A stretch of 63,897 bases of DNA, filler included, from Lama guanicoe (GCA_013239625.1; 76 parts of 75 records of this genome joined end to end with filler, not necessarily neighbours in it); one strand, 5' to 3'. Shown: positions 12,380-25,078, numbered from the whole stretch's first letter. Numbers and translations are program-made. The notes: generated by a model from the sequence alone, not told the origin.

Positions 12380-13147
12380 AATAGAGGACTACTGTAAACT
12401 CAGCATGGACTGTTATAAACTTAGTACCACCCAGATATAATATCTTTGCTAGAGCAGAGAAACGTGGCCTCAGAAACGTGGTGTGTGGCCATTAATAGGA
12501 CTAATGCTTCTTCTTCCATCTTATTAAGACAGAGTATCAGAAACAGTTTACATTTACTTGAAAGAGTGGAATGTACATTTATGGTCCTGCCTCTGAGCTG
12601 TATTAACTCATTGTCATGGTGTAGTCTGAAGGGACCAGGATTGCCTGGGCATCTCATAAGACTTGACCCTGGGCCCATATTGCTGACATCCTGCTAATTG
12701 GACCAGCTGTTCAAGATGCAGCCAGTATGTTGGGGCATTGTTAAGATATGTGTGCTCTGGAAGGTGGGAAATAAATTCTGTGAAATTTGAGTGGCTCACA
12801 ACATTAGTAAAATATTTAGGAGTCCATTACTTTGAGACATCTCATGACATCCTCTCCTTAGTAAAGGACAAACCATTTCATCTCACATCTCCTTCCATGA
12901 AGGAGGCCCAACGGGCCTCTTCAGGTTGCAGATGCAGATGATTCAACTCTTGGATTTACACTATCTCCAGTATATTGAGTGACATGAAAATCTGCCAGCT
13001 TTGAGTGGGCGCAAGAGCAGTGAAGTATTCTGCAGCACTGCAGGTTTCAGTTCAAGAGGCCCTGCTGTTTGGCCCATGTGATTAAGAATATGGTATATGT
13101 TGTGAGAAAACATGCCATGTGGAGTTATGGCAGGACCTAATAGGAGA
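12380..13147 (+). mobile_element. ERV-L (class III) internal pol/RT remnant
   Basis: Peptides LLEQRNVASETWCVAINRTNASSSI, CTFMVLPLSCINS and WEINSVKF..TTLVKYLGVH..DILSLVKDKPFHL..KEAQ match ERV-L RT motifs (TWYAAIDLANAFFSI, YTFTVLPQGYINS, WEINP.KIQG..SVKFLGVQW, VKDKLLHL); many stops and frameshifts. Confidence 0.85.
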
Positions 13148-13247
13148 NNNNNNNNNNNNNNNNNNNNNNNNNNNNNNNNNNNNNNNNNNNNTTAATTAAT
13201 TAANNNNNNNNNNNNNNNNNNNNNNNNNNNNNNNNNNNNNNNNNNNN

Positions 13248-13713
13248 GCCCAGAAAGAGAGCATCTCTTGTGATAAATGATTAATCAGTTACAAAACCTG
13301 ATTCCATAAAATATTAATGAAATAAAGGAACTCTAGTAAAACTGATTAATCAAATAATAGAAAATCTGCATGTCCACACGTGCACACACGCACATGCGTG
13401 CGCGTGCACACACACACACACACACAGAAACACAGTTAGAAATCAGAGGGCATCATTATAGGTCCTGCAAACGTTAAATACATACAAGGATATGATTAAC
13501 AATTTTAAGCTAAGGGCTTCTGAATTTTAGTTGAAAAGGACAAATTTGATGAGAAATGTAACTTTCAAATCTGACAAGATGAATTAGAAAATGAAGATAG
13601 TCTATAACTTCAAAAGCATTTACATCTATATGTTGAAAAAGAAAAATTATTCACAATAAATATGACCTCCCCTAGATTATTTTTCCAAGAAAATTCTACC
13701 AAAGGGTAGAAGA
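13248..13713 (+). mobile_element. Old LINE-1 ORF2 fragment interrupted by a microsatellite
   Basis: A-rich decayed ORF2-like text around an alternating purine/pyrimidine tract at 13375-13426. Confidence 0.55.
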
Positions 13714-14789
13714 NNNNNNNNNNNNNNNNNNNNNNNNNNNNNNNNNNNNNNNNNNNNTTAATTAATTAANNNNNNNNNNNNNNNNNNNNNNNNNNNNNNN
13801 NNNNNNNNNNNNNACGGAGCGATGCATGGCCTGACGTGTTTGCAAAACAAACCAGAAGCAGAAAAACAAAGAATCAAACCAACAAACAAGCACCAAAAGT
13901 GTACGGTTGGCTGACATATACCAAGGGAACCATGATTATTCTAAAAAAAATACTCAAGGTGGTGTCAAGGATCATTCAGCACGGATCGACCCAGTATGGC
14001 GGCTTACATGTACTCAGCACACTTGTATTCGGAAATCAGAGGCGTGCATTTATATTCGTAAATATTGATTCATAAAAGCATATCGTGACCTAACCCAAAT
14101 GCCGATTTGGAATCAAATGGATTCCTGGCCGGTGATATAGACTTGCATGTCTTCCAACAGGAAGAATGAATGCCATATTCTACCCTACGTAGAGAAGAAA
14201 TGGNNNNNNNNNNNNNNNNNNNNNNNNNNNNNNNNNNNNNNNNNNNNTTAATTAATTAANNNNNNNNNNNNNNNNNNNNNNNNNNNNNNNNNNNNNNNNN
14301 NNNTTCTAGACATGCAACATGTCCAGACTATATGACTGATAACATGAGAATATGGAGCATTAGGCAAAGGATGCAAACCCCCAGGTGATGTAGGCATCAG
14401 AGTTACCAATAAAGGCTATAAAATACTTTTAATATATTCAAGAAAATAAGGAAATGATGGGAGAATAGATAACAGGGTCAAGACTTTCACCAGNNNNNNN
14501 NNNNNNNNNNNNNNNNNNNNNNNNNNNNNNNNNNNNTCTAGAACTGAAGCTTTCAGCTCTGGAAACAGGTAAACAGAGCTTATTAGGATCCCTTTGAAGT
14601 AAAACTTTCAGTAATGCCGGATAAAATACAACAACAAAAGTAACACAGAGCTTACTGTGGAGAGAGAAGTTCCCAGGTGACAATACAAAGAGGACCCTTA
14701 ACGCCAAAATGGTAATCTTGTGAGCTGATGCCACTGCACCCTGGAGGGAAGGGGTTTTCATCTGCACATAAATAGGGTTACAATGTCCA

Positions 14790-15119
14790 TTTAGGAAAAA
14801 GGGTCCATACCAGATGTAGAAGACTCTTCCTTTATATCTATAAAGTCAGAGACAGAGATGTAAAGTGGCAGCAGAAGTCACAGTGACACAGGGCCCTGGG
14901 CCAAGGAGTGTGAGCACCTCTGCAAGCTGGGAAAGGTAGGAAGATGAATCCCTCCCAAGAGCCTCGGTGTGGAACTTAGCCTTGGCCACTCGTTGGTGTT
15001 AGCCCACTGACATTGACTTTGCACTTCTGCACACTAGAAGAGTGAGAAGATGAATGTATATTGCTTTAATCCACTGAGTCTGTGGTCCTTTGTTACAACA
15101 GCAATCGGAAAGGAACTCA
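14790..15119 (+). mobile_element. MaLR LTR (MLT1 type), 3' part
   Basis: GCCAAGGAGTGTGAGCACCTCTGCAAGCTGGGAAAGG...TTGTTACAACAGCAATCGGAAA resembles the MLT1 3' end. Confidence 0.8.
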
Positions 15120-15996
15120 NNNNNNNNNNNNNNNNNNNNNNNNNNNNNNNNNNNNNNNNNNNNTTAATTAATTAANNNNNNNNNNNNNNNNNNNNNNNNN
15201 NNNNNNNNNNNNNNNNNNNCCTCGGGCCTTGAGTCTGGAGAGCGCTCATGGCGGTCCCACAGGTGACGATCAGAGGAATTGGCAAGTGCTGCCGGGCCCG
15301 CTGTGAAAGCGGTGCTCTGTGATTCTTGAACTTACCTAAGATCAGATCCTACTTTCTGGTTGTTGGTAAGTTGGAGGAGAAAATGCTAGAGAATTGATAA
15401 AAAGAATGTCCAGACCAGCCCTGTCAGTGAGAGGCACATGGTACCCGAGTTCCTCCTGCGAGAGCCCCACTAGCGAGCTCTGGATGAATTTCCTGTTCCT
15501 CCCGGACATCCCTCTATGGCTTAAGGAAGGGGCAAGGCATGTCGTGGCCATGATCTGTACTTGTTCTCACAGGGCCCTGTGACCTACACACCCGCACTCC
15601 CCTTCTGCTTCTTGGAAATCAGCTGGCATGTTTAGGATCCTGGGCACTGTTGGTGGCATAGCTGCCAGCACTGTGCTACACCAAGGCTGGCTCCGTTCAC
15701 TTCACATGTCACCTCCTGCTGAGGCCCCAGGCATCAGTCAAGGTAGGTGCAACGGTACAAGGTAAGCAGCGACAACCTTCTCCCCCTGGACAGCCTGGTG
15801 TTTGAGCAGTGGAAGCCTGGAGCCCTGCCCCAGCCCCCCAGCCAGTGCTTTTCTTTTGTCATAGGAGGCACTGGTGACATTTTTGCTCAGCAACTGNNNN
15901 NNNNNNNNNNNNNNNNNNNNNNNNNNNNNNNNNNNNNNNNTTAATTAATTAANNNNNNNNNNNNNNNNNNNNNNNNNNNNNNNNNNNNNNNNNNNN

Positions 15997-16120
15997 ATTT
16001 CGTCAATGGTTTCTGTTGCTGTGCAGAAGCTTTTAAGTTTAATTATGTCCCATTTGTTTGTTTTTGCTTCTATTTCTTTTGCCTTAGGGGACAGAACCAA
16101 AAACATATTGCTGCAATTTG
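15997..16120 (-). mobile_element. LINE-1 ORF2 fragment
   Basis: Minus-strand peptide [30 protein letters not shown] matches the L1 ORF2 motif [16 protein letters not shown]. Confidence 0.9.
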
Positions 16121-17040
16121 TCCTGCCTAGCACCAAGGGACACGATGGGCCCAGGGCAGGCAGCAACCACTCTGGCGTTGAGGGACAAATATTCTGATCA
16201 TCAGTATTTTTTATCAAAATATTTGCCATTAAAAGAGGATGACAGAGGAAGCTTTCACATACACTGAGGTAAGGGCATTCTGGCTCATACATGATTTGAC
16301 TTAAACTTTATGCTAATCACAACAGCTGGTTCTGTGGCCTGTCCAGCATACACTGTATATCTATCTGCTTTAGCCATGGAAGAAAAGAAAAGNNNNNNNN
16401 NNNNNNNNNNNNNNNNNNNNNNNNNNNNNNNNNNNNTTAATTAATTAANNNNNNNNNNNNNNNNNNNNNNNNNNNNNNNNNNNNNNNNNNNNTTTGTTTT
16501 AAAAAAAAATCTTGTCCATAGCACTCTGTCTGTGTGTATTTTGAAGATCCTGGAGGATGAGGATGAGTCTAAAGTCCATCGTGGGACAGGTGGCCCATAG
16601 TTCTCTTTGCCCCAGATTACCCCCTCCTCCCCAGTCCTCTTCATCAGTCCAGGATGAAGTTCCCTAGTAGATTTACACAGAGGTCTTGTGGAAATGGCTT
16701 TTCATTTTATTGTTTCACCAAGAAGGGCTGACACTGTGGTCAGGTTTTGAAGGGCTGCCATCATGATGTCTGGTCAGGTGAAGGCTATGCAATTGGGAGT
16801 TTCTATTTAATAAAAAGAAAAAAAATTACAAATGGAAAATTAGAACAAGGGTGGTGACGGGGCTCTTTGAAGTGGGCACCATTAGCTATGTTAGCTTCAG
16901 GTGCTGTGGCCTGTTGCCACGAGGANNNNNNNNNNNNNNNNNNNNNNNNNNNNNNNNNNNNNNNNNNNNTTAATTAATTAANNNNNNNNNNNNNNNNNNN
17001 NNNNNNNNNNNNNNNNNNNNNNNNNTTTATCTCTGACATT

Positions 17041-17491
17041 ATTCTTAGAAATAATTTCTTATAATGGAATAAATATCTTCTGTAGGTTTTTTTTAATCTG
17101 TAAGATGGGGATGATAGTAGTACTTGTTAATCTAAGGGTAAGTTGAGTTAATATGAGCAAAGTGTTGTATTTGCTGTTATTAGTACTTTTTAATAGTTAC
17201 ATCACGGTCTGTAATTTATCTTGTGGTCCTTATGAGAGGAATAGAATTTATTCTTTCCAGGTGATTCTCTGATTGTCCCAGGACAATTATTGAAGTCATA
17301 CTTTTCTCTTTGATTTGAAATCCCACCTGTACAAATTACTTATGTACACTAGAGTCTATTTTTGAGCTCATGGTTCTCGTCTGTCAATCTGCCTTACTTA
17401 CTCCAGCACAATATCATACATATTGTAAAACTTTATTTAATCATTGTCAGTCTGAATTTTTTTTGATTCTTTTCTTCCATCCCAAATTTTC
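17041..17491 (+). repeat. Duplicated segment (ancient L1/MIR mosaic), paralogue of 60751-61205
   Basis: Colinear similarity over ~450 bp, from ATTCTTAGAAATA to CATCCCAAATTTTC. Confidence 0.85.
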
Positions 17492-18257
17492 NNNNNNNNN
17501 NNNNNNNNNNNNNNNNNNNNNNNNNNNNNNNNNNNTTAATTAATTAANNNNNNNNNNNNNNNNNNNNNNNNNNNNNNNNNNNNNNNNNNNNTTCAATTTT
17601 GTATTCTGAATGTTTTTAATCACTGAATTTATCCAAGGAAGGAGGCACTGACATTCTTCACACGTATAGTTCTGAAAGCATTTCAGTCATTGGAAATGTA
17701 ATTCATGCCTGTGATTTGAGGTGAAATTACCGAATGCTTGAGCAGAAATCAAGGTAACCCCTAGAACCATAAACTGAGGTAGGTAGCTGGGTGTATGTGT
17801 GCAAAACCTGTAAACAAGAAACCTTTACAGTGTATTTTAATGCCTACTTTTCCATGATTCAAACGCACAAGTTTACTCCTTGAGCTTTCAAAAGACCTGG
17901 ACAAGATTTTGCCTTGACAATTTAGAACATGATTTCCCATCTCCCAACATTTGTCTCAGTCCGGACTCCAGCCATGGCTCACCATCTGTATCATCCCTGC
18001 CTCCTGAGTGTTGAGCAGGGTTTCAGAGACAAAGGGCAGGTGCCCAGCTGGGTGTCGCCTTGAAGAAGATGCTAGAGAAACATGAAATTTGTGTCATTCC
18101 TCAGGTATATCATAGATGAAGAGAACAGATCAAAAACCACAGCAAAGTAAAACATGGNNNNNNNNNNNNNNNNNNNNNNNNNNNNNNNNNNNNNNNNNNN
18201 NTTAATTAATTAANNNNNNNNNNNNNNNNNNNNNNNNNNNNNNNNNNNNNNNNNNNN

Positions 18258-19666
18258 ATATAGAATATGGAAAACAGAATACAGAAGCCAGAATTAAGAA
18301 CATGGATTGCAGAACACAGAATTTGGAATATAGATTACAGAATACTGAATATAGAATTTTGAGTATAGAAATTAGAACACAGAATGTAGAATATAGAATA
18401 CGGAATGCAGAATATAGAATACAGAATATAGAATGAAAAACACAGAATAGAGAATACAGCATAAAGAATATACAATANNNNNNNNNNNNNNNNNNNNNNN
18501 NNNNNNNNNNNNNNNNNNNNNNNNNNNNNNNNNNNNNNNNNNNNNNNNNNNNNNNNNNNNNNNNNNNNNNNNNNNNNNNNNNNNNNNNNNNNNNNNNNNN
18601 NNNNNNNNNNNNNNNNNNNNNNNNNNNNNNNNNNNNNNNNNNNNNNNNNNNNNNNNNNNNNNNNNNNNNNNNNNNNNNNNNNNNNNNNNNNNNNNNNNNN
18701 NNNNNNNNNNNNNNNNNNNNNNNNNNNNNNNNNNNNNNNNNNNNNNNNNNNNNNNNNNNNNNNNNNNNNNNNNNNNNNNNNNNNNNNNNNNNNNNNNNNN
18801 NNNNNNNNNNNNNNNNNNNNNNNNNNNNNNNNNNNNNNNNNNNNNNNNNNNNNNNNNNNNNNNNNNNNNNNNNNNNNNNNNNNNNNNNNNNNNNNNNNNN
18901 NNNNNNNNNNNNNNNNNNNNNNNNNNNNNNNNNNNNNNNNNNNNNNNATAGAATAGAGAATATAGCAACCAGAATTTAGAAATGGAATGCAGAACAGAGA
19001 ATTTAGAATATAGAATTCAGAAAACTGAATATATATTTTAGAATATAGAATGTAAAACATACAATATAGAATATAGAATACGGAATGCAGAATATACTTT
19101 GTAGAATGTAGAATGAAGAACACAAATATAGAATATATACTAGAGAGAATAGAACACAGAACTTAGAACCCGGAATGCAGAACATAGAATTAAGAATATA
19201 CAATACAGAATATTGAATATAGAACTTAGAATATAGAATGTACAACACTTAATAAATAATATAAAATACAGAATACTGAATATAGAATTTAGAATGTAGA
19301 ATATAGAACACAGAATATAGAATATAGATAAGAAAATATAGAACCCAGAATTTAGAACATGGGTGCAGAACACAGAATTTAGAATATAGAATACAGTATA
19401 CTGAATACAGTATGCAGAATATAGAATGTAGAACACAGAGTATAGAATATAGAATACGTAATACAGAATATAGAATACAGAATATAGAATATAGAACACC
19501 GAATATGGAGTATGGAAAACAGAATACAGAACCCAGAATTTAGACCATAGAATGCAGAACACAGAATTAAGACTTTAGATTACAAAATGCTGAATATAGA
19601 ATTTAGAACATAGATTCCAAAACACAGAATATGGAATACAGCATACAGAACGCAGGATTCAGAACA
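18258..19666 (+). repeat. AGAATAT heptamer satellite with ~189-bp higher-order period
   Basis: Marker at 18982, 19170, 19359, 19547 (188, 189, 188). Confidence 0.95.
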
Positions 19667-19766
19667 NNNNNNNNNNNNNNNNNNNNNNNNNNNNNNNNNN
19701 NNNNNNNNNNTTAATTAATTAANNNNNNNNNNNNNNNNNNNNNNNNNNNNNNNNNNNNNNNNNNNN

Positions 19767-21229
19767 TCTGCATTCCATATTCTAAATTCTGAATTCTATA
19801 TTCTCTATTCTATATCCAATATTCTGTGTTCTACATTCGAATTTCTAAATTCTATATTCAGTAATCTGTATTCTATATTCTAAATTCTCTGTTCTGCTTT
19901 CCATGTTCTAAATTCTGNNNNNNNNNNNNNNNNNNNNNNNNNNNNNNNNNNNNNNNNNNNNNNNNNNNNNNNNNNNNNNNNNNNNNNNNNNNNNNNNNNN
20001 NNNNNNNNNNNNNNNNNNNNNNNNNNNNNNNNNNNNNNNNNNNNNNNNNNNNNNNNNNNNNNNNNNNNNNNNNNNNNNNNNNNNNNNNNNNNNNNNNNNN
20101 NNNNNNNNNNNNNNNNNNNNNNNNNNNNNNNNNNNNNNNNNNNNNNNNNNNNNNNNNNNNNNNNNNNNNNNNNNNNNNNNNNNNNNNNNNNNNNNNNNNN
20201 NNNNNNNNNNNNNNNNNNNNNNNNNNNNNNNNNNNNNNNNNNNNNNNNNNNNNNNNNNNNNNNNNNNNNNNNNNNNNNNNNNNNNNNNNNNNNNNNNNNN
20301 NNNNNNNNNNNNNNNNNNNNNNNNNNNNNNNNNNNNNNNNNNNNNNNNNNNNNNNNNNNNNNNNNNNNNNNNNNNNNNNNNNNNNNNNNNNNNNNNNNNN
20401 NNNNNNNNNNNNNNNNNNNNNNNNNNNNNNNNNNNNNNNNNNNNNNNNNNNNNNNNNNNNNNNNNNNNNNNNNNNNNNNNNATTGTGAAAATTCTGAGTT
20501 CTGCATTCTATGTTCTAAATTCGATATTCATTATTCTGTGTTCTATATTCTAAATTCTGTGTTCTGAATTCCATGTTCAAAATTCTGGGTTCTGTATTCT
20601 GTTTTCCATAGTCTATATTCTGTGTTCTCCATTCTATTTTCTAAATTCTATGTTCAGTATTTTTTATTCTATATTCTAAGTTCTCTGTTCTGCATTTCAT
20701 GTTCTAAATTCTATATTCAGTATTCTGCTTTCTGTATTCTAAATTCGATATTCATTATTCTGTGTTCTATATTCTAAATTCTGTGTTCTGCATTCTATGT
20801 TCTAAATTCGATATTCATTATTCTGTGTTCTATATTCTAAATTCTGTGTTCTGCATTCTATGTTCTAAATTCGATATTCATTATTCTGTGTTCTATATTC
20901 TAAATTCTGTGTTCTGCATTCTATGTTCTAAATTCGATATTCATTATTCTGTGTTCTATATTCTAAATTCTGTGTTCTGCATTCTATGTTCTAAATTCGA
21001 TATTCATTATTCTGTGTTCTATATTCTAAATTCTGTGTTCTGCATTCCATTTCTAAATTCTGGCTTCTATATTCTCTTTTATATATTCTATATTTTGTGT
21101 TGTTCTTTCTATATTCCACATTCTATATTCTGCATAAGGTATTGTATATTGTATACTCTGTGTTTTACATTCTAAATTCGAAATTCTATATACAGTATTC
21201 TGTATTCTATAACCTAAACTCTGTATTCT
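19767..21229 (-). repeat. AGAATAT heptamer satellite (reverse orientation) with a perfect 63-bp tandem block
   Basis: TTCTATA-type 7-mers; AAATTCG at 20741, 20804, 20867, 20930, 20993. Confidence 0.95.
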
Positions 21230-21329
21230 NNNNNNNNNNNNNNNNNNNNNNNNNNNNNNNNNNNNNNNNNNNNTTAATTAATTAANNNNNNNNNNNNNNN
21301 NNNNNNNNNNNNNNNNNNNNNNNNNNNNN

Positions 21330-22159
21330 GCGAGAAACCAGAGTAAGAGTTTATCGTGGAATCCATTCCCTTTGTGCTTAACGAGGAACATCTCTCCACA
21401 TGCTCAATTCTGAGAGTTAAGTGAGTGTGAAAGCCCAACTTCACCTAGCTTGAAAGAAACACAAATTTTCATTTCGTTTCCAACCCCACTACATACATAC
21501 AGTGAAAACTGCAAGAATTTCAAACCAGCACTAGGAAACAGACTGAGAACCCAGAGTAAATGTTTCCCTATCAACTCGTTCTNNNNNNNNNNNNNNNNNN
21601 NNNNNNNNNNTACAGTGAAAACTGCAAGAATTTCAAACCAGCACTAGGAAACAGACTGAGAACCCAGAGTAAATATTTCCCTATCAACTCGTTCTATTAG
21701 TGATGGATCAAGGAACGTCTCTACACATGCTCAGTCCTGAGAGAAAAGTGTTTGTTAAAGCCTTCCTTCACCTAGCTTGAAGGGAACCCATAGATTCTTT
21801 ATATTTGCTAACACCACTACATATATACGTAATGGGTGGTAAAACTCCAACTTGGTTTTACAGTGAAAACTGCAGGAACTTCAAACCGGCCCTAGGAAAC
21901 AGACTGAGAACCCAGAGTAAATGTTTCTCTATCAACTCGTTCTATTAGTGATGGATCAAGGAACGTCTCTACACATGCTCAGTTCTCAGAGATAAGGGTT
22001 TGTTAAAGACGTCCTTCACGTAGCTTGAAGGGAACACAAAGTTTCTTTTCAGTTGCTACCACCACTAAATACATATATCAGGGATGGTAAAATCTCCAAC
22101 TCAGTTATACATTAAAAATTGCAGGAACTTTAAGCTGACACAAGACAACAAACTGAGAA
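21330..22159 (+). repeat. ~248-bp satellite family C (diverged variant)
   Basis: TACAGTGAAAACTGCA at 21611 and 21859; same monomer as 23875-25078. Confidence 0.92.
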
Positions 22160-22259
22160 NNNNNNNNNNNNNNNNNNNNNNNNNNNNNNNNNNNNNNNNN
22201 NNNTTAATTAATTAANNNNNNNNNNNNNNNNNNNNNNNNNNNNNNNNNNNNNNNNNNNN

Positions 22260-22725
22260 TAGCCTCCTTCTTCTCGACTAGATAAACGTACATATATAGA
22301 TATGTGATTTATAGACAGAGAGACAGACATACTAGCTTACTCCTCCTCCGTTAGATGCACACATAGCCGGATAGATAGATACAGTAGAATCCCCCCACTT
22401 TACTTTCAGGTACATTGATACACAGGCCCGCACTCACACACACACACACACATACACGGTAGCATCCTCCTGTTCTTCAAATTGGTATTTATTTAGGTAG
22501 ACACACTAACCTAATCCTCCAATACACAGACAAATGAAATGGCACACTAGCCTACAGGTTTGCCTCCTTTAGATAGATAGATATTTAGGTAGGCAGGCTG
22601 AGAGACATCCTAGTCTCCTCATCCTCCGTTAGATAAACAGACGGGCACACACAAAGTCTTTCCTCTCCCATCCCCCAATATGCAGGCAGTCAAGCAGGCA
22701 GTCAGACAGACTGACACACTAGAGG
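22260..22725 (+). repeat. Degenerate simple-sequence array (TAGCCTCCTCC..TTAGATAGA/CAGA/CACA units)
   Basis: Recurrent CCTCC(G/T)TTAGAT followed by GATA/GACA/CA runs. Confidence 0.6.
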
Positions 22726-23322
22726 TGGGGTGCAGTCTGTGGACCGGGTGAAGAAGCGTTGTCCAGGGAGAGTTGTGCCACTGGCGAGTAATAGGATTAT
22801 ATCCCAAGTCCCTAGCTGCCTTGCCTGAAGGCGGCCTCCGCTTCCCCAAATTCGTTGGGCTCAAGCCTTTGAACTTAGCCTGCTCCTGGGAGCAGGCATG
22901 GTATGGCTAGGGGAAGAGGTCATCGGCAGATATGGAGGCGGCTCAGCAGCTAAGGGGGATGCATCGGCGAGTCGGTCATTTTCCTACCGTCTCCCCCTCT
23001 CCTGGCCTCGGGGTGTCCTCTGCTACCCCAGGTGTGCGGGATTTAATTCTCCTTGTCAGCCAGTTCCTGGGAGGCAGCTGAGGTGATGTCTAGGTACAGG
23101 GAGGTTGAGGGGAGCGGGCTATATCGGGTGAGCCGATCAGTTTGCTTCCATCTCCACAAGGGCCTGTCCTGGGGACGGGCTCTCCTGCCCCGGGTTCACA
23201 GTATCCATGTTTCCATGTCAGCNNNNNNNNNNNNNNNNNNNNNNNNNNNNNNNNNNNNNNNNNNNNTTAATTAATTAANNNNNNNNNNNNNNNNNNNNNN
23301 NNNNNNNNNNNNNNNNNNNNNN

Positions 23323-23560
23323 AGGAATGTGGAGGAGTAGGAGGAGGTGGAGGAGGATGAGGTGGAGGAGGTGGAGGAGGAGGAGAAGGTGGAGGTGGTG
23401 GAGGAGGAGGAGGTGAAGATGGAGGAGGAGGAGGAGGATGTGGAGGAGGAGGATGTGGAGGAGGAGGATGTGGCGGAGGAGAATGTGCTGGAGGAGGAGG
23501 AGGAGGATGTGGAGGAGGAGGAATGGAGGAGGAGGAGGAGGTGGAGGAGGTGGAGGAGGA
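23323..23560 (+). repeat. Degenerate (GGA)n trinucleotide tract
   Basis: ~240 bp of GAG/GTG/GAT triplets. Confidence 0.92.
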
Positions 23561-23874
23561 TTACTACAATAATCCTCAAGATTCTGTCTAATTTCGAAAA
23601 TAATATTTAATTACAGCTACTTCATACGCAACTGTTCACAAAGAAAGTAATTGCTGCCAGTCTTCCAGATAGCCTGCAAGGAATTCAAGAGTTGAATTAT
23701 TGAGAATTGACTGGATAAATCAAGGTGGAAGTAGATTTATCACTGGTGCAGCATTTAGCCTCTAATGAAAAGAGNNNNNNNNNNNNNNNNNNNNNNNNNN
23801 NNNNNNNNNNNNNNNNNNTTAATTAATTAANNNNNNNNNNNNNNNNNNNNNNNNNNNNNNNNNNNNNNNNNNNN

Positions 23875-25078
23875 TCACCTAGCTTGAAGGGAATACAAAG
23901 TTTCTTTTCAGTTGCAAACTCCTTTCCATACATATATTTGGGGAGGTTCAAGCTACAGGCCGGTTTTACAATGAAAACGGCAGGCACTTCAAACCGGCAC
24001 TAGCAAACAGACTGAGAAACCAGAGTAAATGTTTCTCCTGAAACCCGTTCCCTTTGTGCTGGATGAAAGAACGTCTCTCNNNNNNNNNNNNNNNNNNNNN
24101 NNNNNNNNNNNNNNNNNNNNNNNNNNNNNNNNNNNNNNNNNNNNNNNNNNNNNNNNNNNNNNNNNNNNTGCCAACTCCACTCCATACATATATATGGGGA
24201 GGTACAAGCTCCAACTCGCTTTTACAGTGAAAACGGCAGGCACTTCAAACCGGCACTAGGAAACAGACTGAGAAACCAGAGTAAGTGTTTCTCCTGCAAC
24301 CCGTTCCCTTGGTGCTGGATGAAAGCACGTCTCACCACATGCTCAGTTCTGAGAGATAAGTGTGTGTGAAAGCCGTCCTTCACGTAGCTTGAAGGGAACA
24401 CATATTTTCTTTTGAGGTGCAAACTCCACTCCATATATTTATATGGGGAGGTACAATCTCAACTCGGTTTTACAGTGAGAACGGCAGGCACTTCAAACCG
24501 GCACTAGGAAACAGACTTAGAAACCAGAGTAAGTGTTTCTCCTGCAACCCGTTCCCTTTGTGCTGGATGAANNNNNNNNNNNNNNNNNNNNNNNNNNNNN
24601 NNNNNNNNNNNNNNNNNNNNNNNNNNNNNNNNNNNNNNNNNNNNNNNNNNNNNNNNNNNNNNNNNNNNNNNNNNNNNNNNNNNNNNNNNNNNNNNNNNNN
24701 NNNNNNNNNNNNNNNNNNNNNNNNNNNNNNNNNNNNNNNNNNNNNNNNNNNNNNNNNNNNAGATTCAGAAACCAGAGTAAGTGTTTCTCCTGCAACCGGT
24801 TCCCTTTGTGCTGGATGAAAGAATCTCTCTCCACATGCTCAGTTCTGAGAGGTAAATGTGTGTGAAAGCCGTCCTTCACCTAGCTTGAAGGGAACACAAA
24901 GTTTCTTTTCAGTTGCAAACTCCACTCCATACATATCTATGGGGAGGTTCAAGCTCCAACCCGGTTTTACAGTGAAAACGGCAGGCACTTCAAACCGGCA
25001 CTGGGAAACAGACTCAGAAACCAGAGGAATGTTTCTCCTGCAAACCGTTCCCTTTGTGCTAGATGAACGAACGTCTCT
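23875..25078 (+). repeat. ~248-bp satellite family C
   Basis: AAACCGGCAC at 24247 and 24495 within one contig (248 bp). Confidence 0.95.

Noticed and set aside
13814..14203. Microbial or parasite contamination suggested by CpG content
   Set aside because: It has a ~90% identical paralogue in another scaffold that looks mammalian; kept as a multicopy host sequence instead.
21498..21692. Apparent 113-bp sub-repeat in satellite C
   Set aside because: Near-identical sequence on both sides of a 28-N gap and out of phase with the 248-bp period; most likely an unmerged contig overlap.
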